This document shows positions 9,236-18,066 of a stretch of 64,000 nt of DNA, one piece after another (position 1 is the first letter of the stretch; each line of letters opens with the position of its first letter). The stretch is taken from positions 1,176-65,175 of the forward strand of contig LFRQ01000015.1 of NCBI GenBank assembly GCA_001512835.1, in the 5' to 3' direction. This stretch comes from Clostridia bacterium DTU022. GTDB taxonomy: Bacteria > Bacillota > Dethiobacteria > DTU022. The notes under the pieces were generated by a model, which made no database searches, had not been told where the DNA came from, and was given only the letters and a program-made list of their open reading frames with translations. The position numbers and the translations under genes were made by a program.

Positions 9236-9679
9236 TTACTGTTCTTCCGGCACCAGGTCAATAATCACCGGCTTGTAATCATCCCTCTCCTTGACCCGGT
9301 TGTCCCAGCGGCGGAGCCCCCAAAACACCAGCCCCATGAAGCCAAAGCCTACGGCCACGGCCAGCGGTTCCCGGGGTCCGCCCCAGTTAAAGTAAGCGGC
9401 CAGGTTCAACCAGAGCAGGATGCCGGCCACCAGGGCCAGAAGGGGTACCATGTAGAGCATGAAGGAGACAAAGAGCATGCGGCGGTCATCGGCATAAATC
9501 AATACCTTTTGGCCTACTTCCGCGCCAATGGGATTTAAAACCTCCACCAGGTGGTCCCTCTGTTCCGCCTTCCCCAGAAGCCCTCCGCAGCGGCCGCAGT
9601 TTTCACAGGCCACATGCCGGCGCATGCGCACCAGGGCCTTCCCGCCCTTCTTCTCCACTACCGTTCCTACCCGTTCCAT
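9236..9679 (-). CDS. RseC/MucC-family (SoxR-reducing system) membrane protein
   Basis: MERVGTVVEKKGGKALVRMRRHVACENCGRCGG is a Cys-rich N-terminal domain, followed by two TM helices. Start moved to MERV (GGGAGTGGGG ribosome binding site). The upstream promoter has an extended -10 TGCTACATT. Confidence 0.6.
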   Translation of the reverse strand: MERVGTVVEKKGGKALVRMRRHVACENCGRCGGLLGKAEQRDHLVEVLNPIGAEVGQKVLIYADDRRMLFVSFMLYMVPLLALVAGILLWLNLAAYFNWGGPREPLAVAVGFGFMGLVFWGLRRWDNRVKERDDYKPVIIDLVPEEQ

Positions 9680-10070
9680 GGCCCCACTCCCGCGAACCAG
9701 GTTGATCTTAATGTAGCACAACCGCCCGGGGAAGTAAAGAAACGCTCCAGCCTTCCCGGCCCGGTAGGGCCTGTTTCCCGATATCAAATTTACTTGACAA
9801 GCAAATCCTGGAAAAGGCGGCTTCCAAAGAACTTCGTAATGCTCATTATATTCTATAGGCCCCTTTCGGGGCTAATGCCCCCGCTGGAAGATAGGAATTG
9901 CGGAGAAAGGAGCAAGGCGGAAAGAATAGAATAGGGCACCAATTAAATAAAAAAAGGGCCTCTCCTTCTTTAGGCGCGCCCCCGCTTAGCAATATTAAAT
10001 TAATAGGATCCATGCCCTTAATAAAGGATTTACAGCCAGGGCCGGCAAACTCCGGCGGCATAATAATAAA

Positions 10071-10282
10071 GGGGAACCGTCCGTTTGCCTGCCGCCCCCG
10101 CCAGACCGTTCCCTGGAAAAAATTCCCTTGAAATATATATAAAACTATATAGAACGGGAACCGTCCCCTGATCTGCTCATCCCATTTTGCAAAGAGGTAG
10201 ACAAGACTCGTCCCCGCCATCTATATCAGGAGAACCGTCCCCGCCACATATGTAATGATCTAGATCGGGAGAACCGTCCCCC
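10071..10282. repeat. Cluster of 4-5 direct copies of GAGAACCGTCCCC-like motif, some flanked by ATCAGG/CCTGAT
   Basis: Copies at 10071-10083, 10156-10168, 10230-10242 and 10269-10281, plus a degenerate copy at ~10205-10219. There is a nearly inverted partner GACCGTTCCC at 10106-10115. Confidence 0.6.
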
Positions 10283-10292
10283 TGATATATGA

Positions 10293-10670
10293 TTATTGGG
10301 CAAGAAGCTCCTTTTTTTGAACCCGGCTAATGTGGTTGCTTTCATCCACGAAGATCAGGCTGGGCTGGTGGCCTTGCAGTTCGGCCTCATCGTACACGGC
10401 ATAGCTGAGGATGATCACCAGGTCGCCGGGCTGGGCCAGGCGGGCCGCCGCCCCGTTCAGGCAAATCTCCCCCCGGCCGCGTTCGCCGGGAATGACATAG
10501 GTTTCAAAACGGGATCCGTTGTTAATATTTACCACGTGCACCTGCTCGTAGGGAAGCAGATCCGCTGCGTCCATCAGTTCTTCATCAATGGTGATGCTGC
10601 CCATGTAATTCAAGTCAGCATCGGTAACTGTGGCCCGGTGAATCTTAGATTTGCACATCACACGCTGCAT
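10293..10670 (-). CDS. panD: Aspartate 1-decarboxylase
   Basis: [29 protein letters not shown] is a canonical PanD N-terminus (Gly-Ser self-cleavage site). The start is trimmed to the ATG that has a GGTGGGGGTGGAGA ribosome binding site. Confidence 0.85.
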   Translation of the reverse strand: MQRVMCKSKIHRATVTDADLNYMGSITIDEELMDAADLLPYEQVHVVNINNGSRFETYVIPGERGRGEICLNGAAARLAQPGDLVIILSYAVYDEAELQGHQPSLIFVDESNHISRVQKKELLAQ

Positions 10671-10872
10671 ATCTCCACCCCCACCAATATTAAGGACCAA
10701 AAAAACCTTCCTCGCCGGGAAGGTACACTGGAACATTATCCATATGGGCTCTGTCCCGGTCCATCCCGGCTCCAAGCAGAGACAACAAAGCTGAAATCAA
10801 ATTAAACGCGTCCTGGGTGTGGCGCCCGCGGGCTGCCGCCCAAAAACATTGTAGCACGAATTTTTGCCAATA

Positions 10873-10914
10873 GTCAAACAAAAGATCGGGGTACAGCTTG
10901 AAAAAGCTGTACCC
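10873..10914 (-). terminator. Intrinsic terminator after the flx/hdr/etf operon
   Basis: Minus RNA GGGGUACAGCUU-UUUC-AAGCUGUACCCC followed by GAUCUUUUGUUUG. Confidence 0.7.
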
Positions 10915-10922
10915 CGCTGGCG

Positions 10923-11771
10923 TCAGGCAAAGGCTTCGGGCACTTCTTTCAATTGGGCATAAGTAAACACCGGGCCGTCCTTGCATACATAGAGAGGACC
11001 GGCATTGCAGCGCCCGCATTTCCCGATGCCGCACTTCATCCGGTTTTCCAAGGTAGTGTAGATCTGCTCGTCGGCAAACCCCAGTTTCTTCAGGTTCTGC
11101 AGGACGAAACGAATCATGATGGGCGGGCCGCAGGTGATGGCGATGGTGTTCTCCGGCGAAGGATTCAAATCCAGCAGCGCCTGGGGAACAAAGCCCACAT
11201 TATGCTCCCAGCCCTCTTCCTCCACGTCGATGGTAAGATGGCAGCAAACCTCCCCGCACTTCATCATCTCCTGGAGCTCGCCTTTAAAGCAGAGGTCTGA
11301 CGAAGTCCTGGCCCCGTAGATGACCGTCAGCCCGGCATACTGATCCCTTTTGGCCTTGACATACTCGATAATGGGGCGCAGGGGCGCCTGACCAATCCCG
11401 CCGCCGATGGTTAAAATCTTCTTCCCCTTCCACTCTTCCAGGGGGAAGCTGTTGCCCAAGGGACCGCGCACCGTCAGCTTGTCGCCGGCCTCCAGCTGGT
11501 GCAGGGCCTGGGTATTCTTCCCGGCCCGCATCACGGAGAAGCGCAGGAAATCTCCTTCCGTGGGCGAGCAGGAGATGCAGAACATGCTTTCCCCCACGCC
11601 CAGGATGCCCACCATGGCACACTGCCCGGGACGGTGGCTCCAGTTTTTCCGGACCTCTTCGTCATCCAGGGTTACTTTAAAAGTTTTAATGGGTCGATCT
11701 CCGGAGGTCTCGTACCAGGTTTCCTGAATGGTAGCCATATAAGGGATGTAAGGGTTGGCGTTATCCATCAC
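10923..11771 (-). CDS. FlxA-like NAD(P)H:FAD oxidoreductase subunit with C-terminal 2Fe-2S (sulfhydrogenase gamma/PyrK-like)
   Basis: 282 aa. FNR-like FAD/NAD fold, GGGIGQAPL and C-terminal CGIGKCGRC. The start overlaps the upstream stop (GTGATGG). Confidence 0.7.
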   Translation of the reverse strand: MMDNANPYIPYMATIQETWYETSGDRPIKTFKVTLDDEEVRKNWSHRPGQCAMVGILGVGESMFCISCSPTEGDFLRFSVMRAGKNTQALHQLEAGDKLTVRGPLGNSFPLEEWKGKKILTIGGGIGQAPLRPIIEYVKAKRDQYAGLTVIYGARTSSDLCFKGELQEMMKCGEVCCHLTIDVEEEGWEHNVGFVPQALLDLNPSPENTIAITCGPPIMIRFVLQNLKKLGFADEQIYTTLENRMKCGIGKCGRCNAGPLYVCKDGPVFTYAQLKEVPEAFA

Positions 11772-12793
11772 AGCGCCTCCTTAACCTGTCGCAGGATTTC
11801 GACCAGGTCGATGTTGACCGGACAGAGATTTACGCAGCGCCCGCAGCCGACACAGGCGATGACATCGAATTTCTGAACAAAGTAATTATACTTGTGATTG
11901 ATCCGGTTGCGGGTCCTCTCCCGGCGGGTAGGCCGGGGGTTGTGCCCCGAGGCATGCAGCGTGTATTCCGCGAACATGCAGGAGTCCCACATCCGGCAAC
12001 GGCGCCCTTCGAAACCCTCCACTTCATCCTGGATATCGAAGCAGTGGCAGGTCGGGCAAAGAAAGGTGCAGGTGCCGCAGCCCAGGCAGCCGGCGGCGGT
12101 GCGCTGCCACAGGGGATGCTCCCACAGGCCCGGCAGCCCCTGGGGGATACCGGTGGTATCCACGCTGCGGGCAATGGCTTTTTCCGCTGCGCCCACCACC
12201 TTCTCCTTCTCCTGAACCGCTCCCGCCGGGGCCTCCTGGAGCAGATCCTGCGCCGCCTCCAGCAGCGCCTTCCCCTTGTCGGTAAGGGCTTCCAGGAGGT
12301 AGCTCTCCCCCAGGTCCGTCATTAGCAGGTCCAGTCCCTCCGTGGAAGCGGGACCGCCCCCTACCGAGGTGCAGAAGCAGTTGGTCCCCGGCGCGCTGCA
12401 GGCCAGCCCCACCAGGGTGGCGGCTTCCCGGCGCTTCAGGTAGTAGGGGTCATCTACGTCCCAGCGGAACAGCTTCTGCACAATGCTCATGGCCCGGGCA
12501 TCGCAGGGCCGCACCCCCAGGAGCACGGCTTCGCCTTCCAGGACGGGCACCGCCAGTTCCGCCTGGCCGATCCGGTAACGGTAGAGGGTCTCCGTCTGGG
12601 GAAAGACAACCGTCTTGGGCGGCACCGTGGTATTGGCAAAGTCCAGGGAGGGAACCGCTCCTTCTTCCAAGGGCTCGAAGCGCATGATATCCCCCCGCTT
12701 CACCGGAGCCCAGACCTTCTTCTCCCCGGCCAGTTTCCCAACAAATGCTGACCATTGATCCTTATTTAACAGCATCGCTGACATATCACCCAC
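11768..12793 (-). CDS. FlxB-like iron-sulfur protein (sulfhydrogenase beta/AsrA-like)
   Basis: 341 aa with several Cys clusters (CSAPGTNCFC, CLGCGTCTFLCPTC, CVGCGRCVNLCP). Confidence 0.6.
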   Translation of the reverse strand: MGDMSAMLLNKDQWSAFVGKLAGEKKVWAPVKRGDIMRFEPLEEGAVPSLDFANTTVPPKTVVFPQTETLYRYRIGQAELAVPVLEGEAVLLGVRPCDARAMSIVQKLFRWDVDDPYYLKRREAATLVGLACSAPGTNCFCTSVGGGPASTEGLDLLMTDLGESYLLEALTDKGKALLEAAQDLLQEAPAGAVQEKEKVVGAAEKAIARSVDTTGIPQGLPGLWEHPLWQRTAAGCLGCGTCTFLCPTCHCFDIQDEVEGFEGRRCRMWDSCMFAEYTLHASGHNPRPTRRERTRNRINHKYNYFVQKFDVIACVGCGRCVNLCPVNIDLVEILRQVKEAL

Positions 12794-12795
12794 CT

Positions 12796-13776
12796 CTACA
12801 GTATGAATTCCTCGGGGTCATTCGGATTGTAACTGGCCAGGAAGGGCTTGGCCTCGGGATCAACGCCGGCTTCATAGCCGTACTTCTCCCGGACTTCTTT
12901 GGCCAGCTTGCGGTTGAGCTTGCCCAGGGGGATATTCATCGGGCAGGCCCGTTCGCACTCACCGCATTCCGCACAGCGCCCGCCCAGGTGAAAAGCTCGG
13001 GCCAGGTGGAAGGCGGTATTCTCCGAAAAATTGACCGCGCGGTTAATCCAGATCGGGTTAAGGCGATCCAGGATACAATCGTCGCAATAACAGAGGGGGC
13101 AGGCGTTGCGGCAGGAGTAGCAGCGAATGCACTTGGAGAACTGCTCCTCCCAGTAATCCCAACGCTCTTCCACGCTCTTCTGCTCCAGCTCCTCCACGCC
13201 CCGGTCGGCCTCCGTCTCCCAGGGCTCCACCGGGTCCCCGATGGTGACATCGCTGAGCACCGGATTGGGATAGCGGCAGAGGCGGCACTTCTCCGCCAGG
13301 ATCTCCTCCCGGGGTATGGTTGCCGTCTCCCCGTTCCTGATAAGCTGGAAGCCGCCTTCCTGCCAGCTCAGCTCTCCCTTCTCCAGCCCTTCGGGGTATT
13401 TCTGCTGGAGCAGATTCAGATCCACTACCCCGCGGCAGGGCAGGCCCACGAGGATTACCTGCTCCCGCTCAATCCCCTTCTCCACCAGCAGCTGGACCAC
13501 CGCCCGGCTGTCGCAGCCTTTAACCAGCAGGGCTACTTTGCGGCGGTCCGGCTCCTCTCCCCGGGGGACCGGGAGCTTCTCCACCAGGGTCAGGTAGGTG
13601 GCCAGGTTGGAGGCGCAGAGGGGCGAGAAAATGAGTTCTTCCGCACCGGCGGCGTCCTGGACAAAGCAAGGCGAGACCCGGTAGCCGAAGCTGCCCGGAC
13701 GCCAGCCGATGAGGTATTTTACATCATCCCGGGAGACAATCTCAGCGGCCGTTTTGCGCAGTTTTTCCAGGTCCAT
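12796..13776 (-). CDS. FlxC-like iron-sulfur protein (FrhB/HydB-like)
   Basis: 326 aa. CIRCYSCRNACPLCYCDDC and CAECGECERACP ferredoxin-type clusters. Confidence 0.6.
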   Translation of the reverse strand: MDLEKLRKTAAEIVSRDDVKYLIGWRPGSFGYRVSPCFVQDAAGAEELIFSPLCASNLATYLTLVEKLPVPRGEEPDRRKVALLVKGCDSRAVVQLLVEKGIEREQVILVGLPCRGVVDLNLLQQKYPEGLEKGELSWQEGGFQLIRNGETATIPREEILAEKCRLCRYPNPVLSDVTIGDPVEPWETEADRGVEELEQKSVEERWDYWEEQFSKCIRCYSCRNACPLCYCDDCILDRLNPIWINRAVNFSENTAFHLARAFHLGGRCAECGECERACPMNIPLGKLNRKLAKEVREKYGYEAGVDPEAKPFLASYNPNDPEEFIL

Positions 13777-13791
13777 TCAGCGATCCCCTCC

Positions 13792-14223
13792 TCACCAGTC
13801 GATCTGGCGCCGCCTGAACCCCTGGAAGGGGCCGGCTTCCCGAGCATCGTCCACCGTCTTCTGCACGACTTCCTTCCACTTGTGTCCCTCCGAGGCGGAA
13901 ACCCAGCTCATATGGAAACGGCGCGGATCAATTCCCACAAATTCCATCAAATCCTTCAACATGCCCAAACGGCGCCGGGCATAGAAATTGCCCTCCATGT
14001 AATGGCAGTCCCCGGGATGGCACCCGGAAACCAGGACCCCGTCGGCCCCCTGCTGTAAGGCGTTCATTACGAAGAGGGGGTTGACCCGTCCCGAGCACAT
14101 TACCCGGATCACGTTGATGTTGGCCGGGTACTGCACCCGGCTGGTCCCGGCCAGGTCGGCGCCGGCATAAGAACACCAGTTGCAAAGAAAAGCGACAATA
14201 TTAGGTTCGAACGATTCGCTCAT
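13792..14223 (-). CDS. mvhD: MvhD/FlxD-like methyl-viologen-reducing hydrogenase delta subunit
   Basis: MSESFEPNIVAFLCNWCSYAGADLAG...CSGR...GCHPGDCHY is the MvhD signature. Its ATG overlaps the hdrA TGA (ATGA). I reject the ORF-track 5' extension. Confidence 0.8.
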   Translation of the reverse strand: MSESFEPNIVAFLCNWCSYAGADLAGTSRVQYPANINVIRVMCSGRVNPLFVMNALQQGADGVLVSGCHPGDCHYMEGNFYARRRLGMLKDLMEFVGIDPRRFHMSWVSASEGHKWKEVVQKTVDDAREAGPFQGFRRRQIDW

Positions 14224-16232
14224 CTCATGACCCCCAATGCCGCAATCTGCGGTAGTATCTGGCGATCCCGGAAAGACTTGGGCTGAATGGAATCGGAGAG
14301 GCAGCCTGCCGAGCAGGAGCCGCACCCTTTGCACAGGGCTTCGTTAACCCGAGCCACCTGTACCGGGTGCCCGAACCGGTTAACGGCAACCAGCTCGATG
14401 GCGCTGTAGGGACAGATCTCCACGCAGAACCCGCAGCCGCGGCAGGTATTTTCGTTTACCGTGGCCACCTGGGCCCCAATCTTCACTTTGCCCCGAGCCA
14501 GGGGAATCATCGCTGAAGAGGCGGCCCCTTTGGCCTGGGCCACCGTATCGGGAATATCCTTGGGGCCCTGGCAGCATCCGGCCAGGAATACCCCGTCGGT
14601 GGCGGTATCTACGGGGCGCAGCTTGGGATGGGCCTCCAGGAAGAAGAGGTCCGGGGACTGGGAGAGGCGCAGCAGGTCGATAATCTTGCGCACATCCTGC
14701 CGCGGCTCCAGGCCCACCGCCAGAACCACCAGGTCCACTTCGTCCTCCATGGGAGTGGCGGTAAGGGTGTCTTCCACCTTGATTACCAGCTTGCTGCCCC
14801 GCTTAAAGATCTCCGAGGGATTGCCGCGGATATAGTGGATCCCTTCCCGGCGGACCCGGTCGTAAAACTCTTCAAAGCCTTTTCCGAAGGCCCGGACATC
14901 CATGTAGTAGACCCGGACGTTGGCGTCGGGTATCTTGTCCTTGACCAGGTGCGCCTGCTTGGCCGTATACATGCAGCAGACCCGGGAGCAGTACTCGTTG
15001 CCCACGCTCTTGTCCCGGGAGCCGACGCACTGGATAAAGGCGATCTCCTTGGGAACGATCTCTTCGTCCTCCACCTTGATCTTGATCTGGCCCCCCGTGG
15101 GACCCGAGGCGGAAACCAGCCGCTCCATCTCCAGGCCGGTAATGACATTGGGATAGTCGGCATAGCCGTACTCCGGCTTTTTCCGGGCTTCAAAGACGTC
15201 GAAGCCGGTAGCCACCACGATGGCGCCTACCTTGAATTCGACGATCTCATCCTGCTGCTCAAAATTAATGGCTCCGGCCCGGCAGACCTCGGCGCATTTC
15301 GGGCCTTTGCCGCACTTGCCCCTGGTTAGGTAGAGGCAGTTTTCCGGGTCAATGGTATACTTGGCCGGCACCGCCTGGGGAAAAGGCAGGTAGATGGCGG
15401 AGCGCTTCCCCATCCCCGCGTCAAATTCGTTGGGGATGCGGTTGGCCATCCGGCAGGCCGCGGCGCACTCGCCGCAGCCGGTACACTTGTCGAAATCCAC
15501 GTAGCGGGCCTTCTTGCGCACCTTGACATCGAAGTTCCCGATATAGCCGCTGACCTCTTCCACTTCGGAATAGGTCATCAGCTGGATGTTGGGATGGCTG
15601 GCCGTATCCACCATTTTAGGGGTAAGGATGCAGGCGGAGCAGTCCAGGGTGGGGAAGGTTTTGTCCAGCTGGGCCATGCGCCCGCCCACCGAAGGAGTCT
15701 TCTCCACCAGGTATACCTTGAAGCCGGCATCGGCGATATCCAGGGCCGCCTGGATGCCGGCGATGCCGCCGCCGATCACCAGGGCGGCCGGTTCGGCATC
15801 CACTTCCCGCTCTTCCAGGGGCTCCAGCTGCCTGACCTTGGCCACGGCCGCCGCCACCAGCCTCCGGGCCTTGGCGGTAGCTTCTTCCCGATCCCCGTGG
15901 ACCCAGGAACAATGCTCCCGGATATTGGCCATCTCCAGGAAAAAGGGGTTAAGGCCGGCTTCCTGCAAGGCTTTCCTGAAAGTCGGCTCGTGCATGCGGG
16001 GAGAGCAGGAGGCCACCACCACCCGGTTCACCCCTTCTTCCTTGATATCATTTTTAATCAGGAGCTGTCCGGGGTCCGAACACATGTAGGCGTAGTTGCG
16101 AGCGACAATCACATTGGGCAAGCCCTTGGCAAACTCGGTGACCGCTTCCACGTCTACCGTGGAGGCGATATTAATGCCGCAGTGACAGATATAGACGCCC
16201 AATTTTGGTTTTTCCGTCATCTGGCTATTCAT
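14220..16232 (-). CDS. hdrA: Heterodisulfide reductase subunit A-like flavoprotein
   Basis: 670 aa. N-terminal CxC and Cys cluster, FAD motif VIGGGIAGIQAAL, and two 4Fe-4S ferredoxin motifs (CTGCGEC, CRGCGFC...CKGCGSC). No internal stop, so this copy has no Sec. Confidence 0.85.
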   Translation of the reverse strand: MNSQMTEKPKLGVYICHCGINIASTVDVEAVTEFAKGLPNVIVARNYAYMCSDPGQLLIKNDIKEEGVNRVVVASCSPRMHEPTFRKALQEAGLNPFFLEMANIREHCSWVHGDREEATAKARRLVAAAVAKVRQLEPLEEREVDAEPAALVIGGGIAGIQAALDIADAGFKVYLVEKTPSVGGRMAQLDKTFPTLDCSACILTPKMVDTASHPNIQLMTYSEVEEVSGYIGNFDVKVRKKARYVDFDKCTGCGECAAACRMANRIPNEFDAGMGKRSAIYLPFPQAVPAKYTIDPENCLYLTRGKCGKGPKCAEVCRAGAINFEQQDEIVEFKVGAIVVATGFDVFEARKKPEYGYADYPNVITGLEMERLVSASGPTGGQIKIKVEDEEIVPKEIAFIQCVGSRDKSVGNEYCSRVCCMYTAKQAHLVKDKIPDANVRVYYMDVRAFGKGFEEFYDRVRREGIHYIRGNPSEIFKRGSKLVIKVEDTLTATPMEDEVDLVVLAVGLEPRQDVRKIIDLLRLSQSPDLFFLEAHPKLRPVDTATDGVFLAGCCQGPKDIPDTVAQAKGAASSAMIPLARGKVKIGAQVATVNENTCRGCGFCVEICPYSAIELVAVNRFGHPVQVARVNEALCKGCGSCSAGCLSDSIQPKSFRDRQILPQIAALGVMR

Positions 16233-16272
16233 CCTCCTACAGAGATTAAACCTTCGGGGCCGCGCGAAGGGT

Positions 16273-17247
16273 TTAGCCTTTCAGCTCCTTCAGCTTCTCC
16301 GTCAGCTTGGGAACGATCTTCAGCAGGTCGTCCACTATCGCATAGTCGGCATGGGCAAAAATGGGAGCTTCAGGGTCCTTGTTGACGGCAACCACCGTTT
16401 TGGCCCCTTTGATTCCAGCCACATGCTGGAAAGCACCGGAAATGCCCAGGGCGATATAGAGCTTGGGCTTAACCGATTTGCCCGATGTGCCCACCTGGCG
16501 GTCGTGGGGCAGCCAGCCGGCATCGACGGCGGCCCGGGAACCGCAGAGGTCGGCCTTGATGGTATTGGCCAGCTCTTCGATGATGGGCAGGTTTTTGTCT
16601 TCCCGCAGGCCGCGCCCGATGGCAACCAGGACCTCGGACTGGGTGATGTCCACATCGCCCACTTCCGCCTCGATATATTCGACAAATTTGCGGTAATCCA
16701 GATCTTCCTTCAACGGGGAGTCGATCTTCTCTATGCTGCCGGCGGCGGAAGGATCCGGCGCTTCAAAGGCGGCCTCCCGGACGGTGACCAGGTAGGTGTC
16801 GGCCGGTTTAAAAGCGATGGTGGCGTTAACCTTGCCGGAATAAAGCTGGCGCGTGGCTTTTAAGACGCCCTCCTCCAGCTTAAGGTCAATTACATCGGCC
16901 ACAAAGGGGAGATCCTTCTCCACCGCCAGGGCGGGAGCCATATCCACCCCCTGGGCGGTGTGACCCACCATGACCAGGGAGGGCTTGCGCTGGTCGATAA
17001 GGGCGGAGAGGACTTTCTGGTATTTGTCCGAGTTGTAATCCGCCAGAAGAGGATCATCCACCACCAGGACTTTCACGCCGTAGCCGGACAACTTCTCCGC
17101 CAGGGCGTCTACGCCGCTGCCCAGGAGAAGGACTTCCACCTCGCCGCCAAAATCCTTGGCCAGGCCGGGGGCCAGGGCCAGCATCTCCAGAGTGATATCT
17201 CTCAAAGCGCCTTGGCGGTGCTCCGCCAGAACGAAAACGTTACCCAT
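16273..17247 (-). CDS. etfA: Electron transfer flavoprotein alpha subunit
   Basis: 324 aa. EtfA FAD-binding C-terminal domain. AAAGGAGG ribosome binding site. Confidence 0.85.
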   Translation of the reverse strand: MGNVFVLAEHRQGALRDITLEMLALAPGLAKDFGGEVEVLLLGSGVDALAEKLSGYGVKVLVVDDPLLADYNSDKYQKVLSALIDQRKPSLVMVGHTAQGVDMAPALAVEKDLPFVADVIDLKLEEGVLKATRQLYSGKVNATIAFKPADTYLVTVREAAFEAPDPSAAGSIEKIDSPLKEDLDYRKFVEYIEAEVGDVDITQSEVLVAIGRGLREDKNLPIIEELANTIKADLCGSRAAVDAGWLPHDRQVGTSGKSVKPKLYIALGISGAFQHVAGIKGAKTVVAVNKDPEAPIFAHADYAIVDDLLKIVPKLTEKLKELKG

Positions 17248-18036
17248 TTACACCAGGCCTCCTTTTACCAGGATAGATGCCAGTTTCTCCGCCTTCTCGT
17301 CGGGTTCGCCCTCGATAATTTCCGCCTTGGAAACAACTTCGGGAATGTAGAGCTTCTCCAGGACGATCTTGGAGGCGGAGACATCGACCTGATCCGCGGC
17401 GATGCCCAGGTCGTCCAGGTTGACCACCTTCAACTCTTTCTTCTGGGCCTCCCGGATACCGCGAATGGGAGCATAGCGGGGCTCGTTGATCCCCGTCTGA
17501 ATGGTGATAACCGCCGGCAGGCTAAGCTCCACTACTTCCATTAAGCCGCCTTCCAGCTCGCGGTGGGCTTTCACCTTGCCGTCGAGAATCTCCAGCTTTT
17601 TCACCATGGCCGCGTGGGAGACGCCCAGCAGCTCCGCCAGGGCCACGCCGGTGGCCATCTGCCCGTCATCGCTGGCCATGCAGCCGGTCAAAACCAGGTC
17701 AAACTCCTGCCCCTTGATTACTCCGGCCAGGGTCCTGGCCACCATCAGGGGATCATAGGCGGCGATCCGCGAATCCTCAACCCGGACGGCGTTGTCCGCC
17801 CCCTTGGCCAGGGCCATGCGGATCATAACCTCGGATTCCTTGGGGCCGATGGAGACAATGGTTACGCTGCCCCCATGGGCTTCCTTAATTAATACCGACT
17901 CCTCCACGGCGTAGTTGTCTGCATCGTTAATATCAAAGGAAAAGCGGCTGCTGTCTACGGAAGTACCATCTGGATTAACCTTAACCTCCGCTTCGGAAGT
18001 ATCGGGCACGTACTTGATGCACACAAAGGTTTTCAT
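17248..18036 (-). CDS. etfB: Electron transfer flavoprotein beta subunit
   Basis: MKTFVCIKYVPD is a canonical EtfB start with an AGGAGGTG ribosome binding site at 9 nt. The ORF-track start four codons upstream is too close to the ribosome binding site. Confidence 0.85.
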   Translation of the reverse strand: MKTFVCIKYVPDTSEAEVKVNPDGTSVDSSRFSFDINDADNYAVEESVLIKEAHGGSVTIVSIGPKESEVMIRMALAKGADNAVRVEDSRIAAYDPLMVARTLAGVIKGQEFDLVLTGCMASDDGQMATGVALAELLGVSHAAMVKKLEILDGKVKAHRELEGGLMEVVELSLPAVITIQTGINEPRYAPIRGIREAQKKELKVVNLDDLGIAADQVDVSASKIVLEKLYIPEVVSKAEIIEGEPDEKAEKLASILVKGGLV

Positions 18037-18066
18037 AAAATCATCCACCTCCTACCAATCTGTTCA

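Noticed and set aside
14220-16232. Possibility that hdrA is also a selenoprotein
   Set aside because: The 670-aa reading frame is continuous with no in-frame TGA, so this copy uses Cys.
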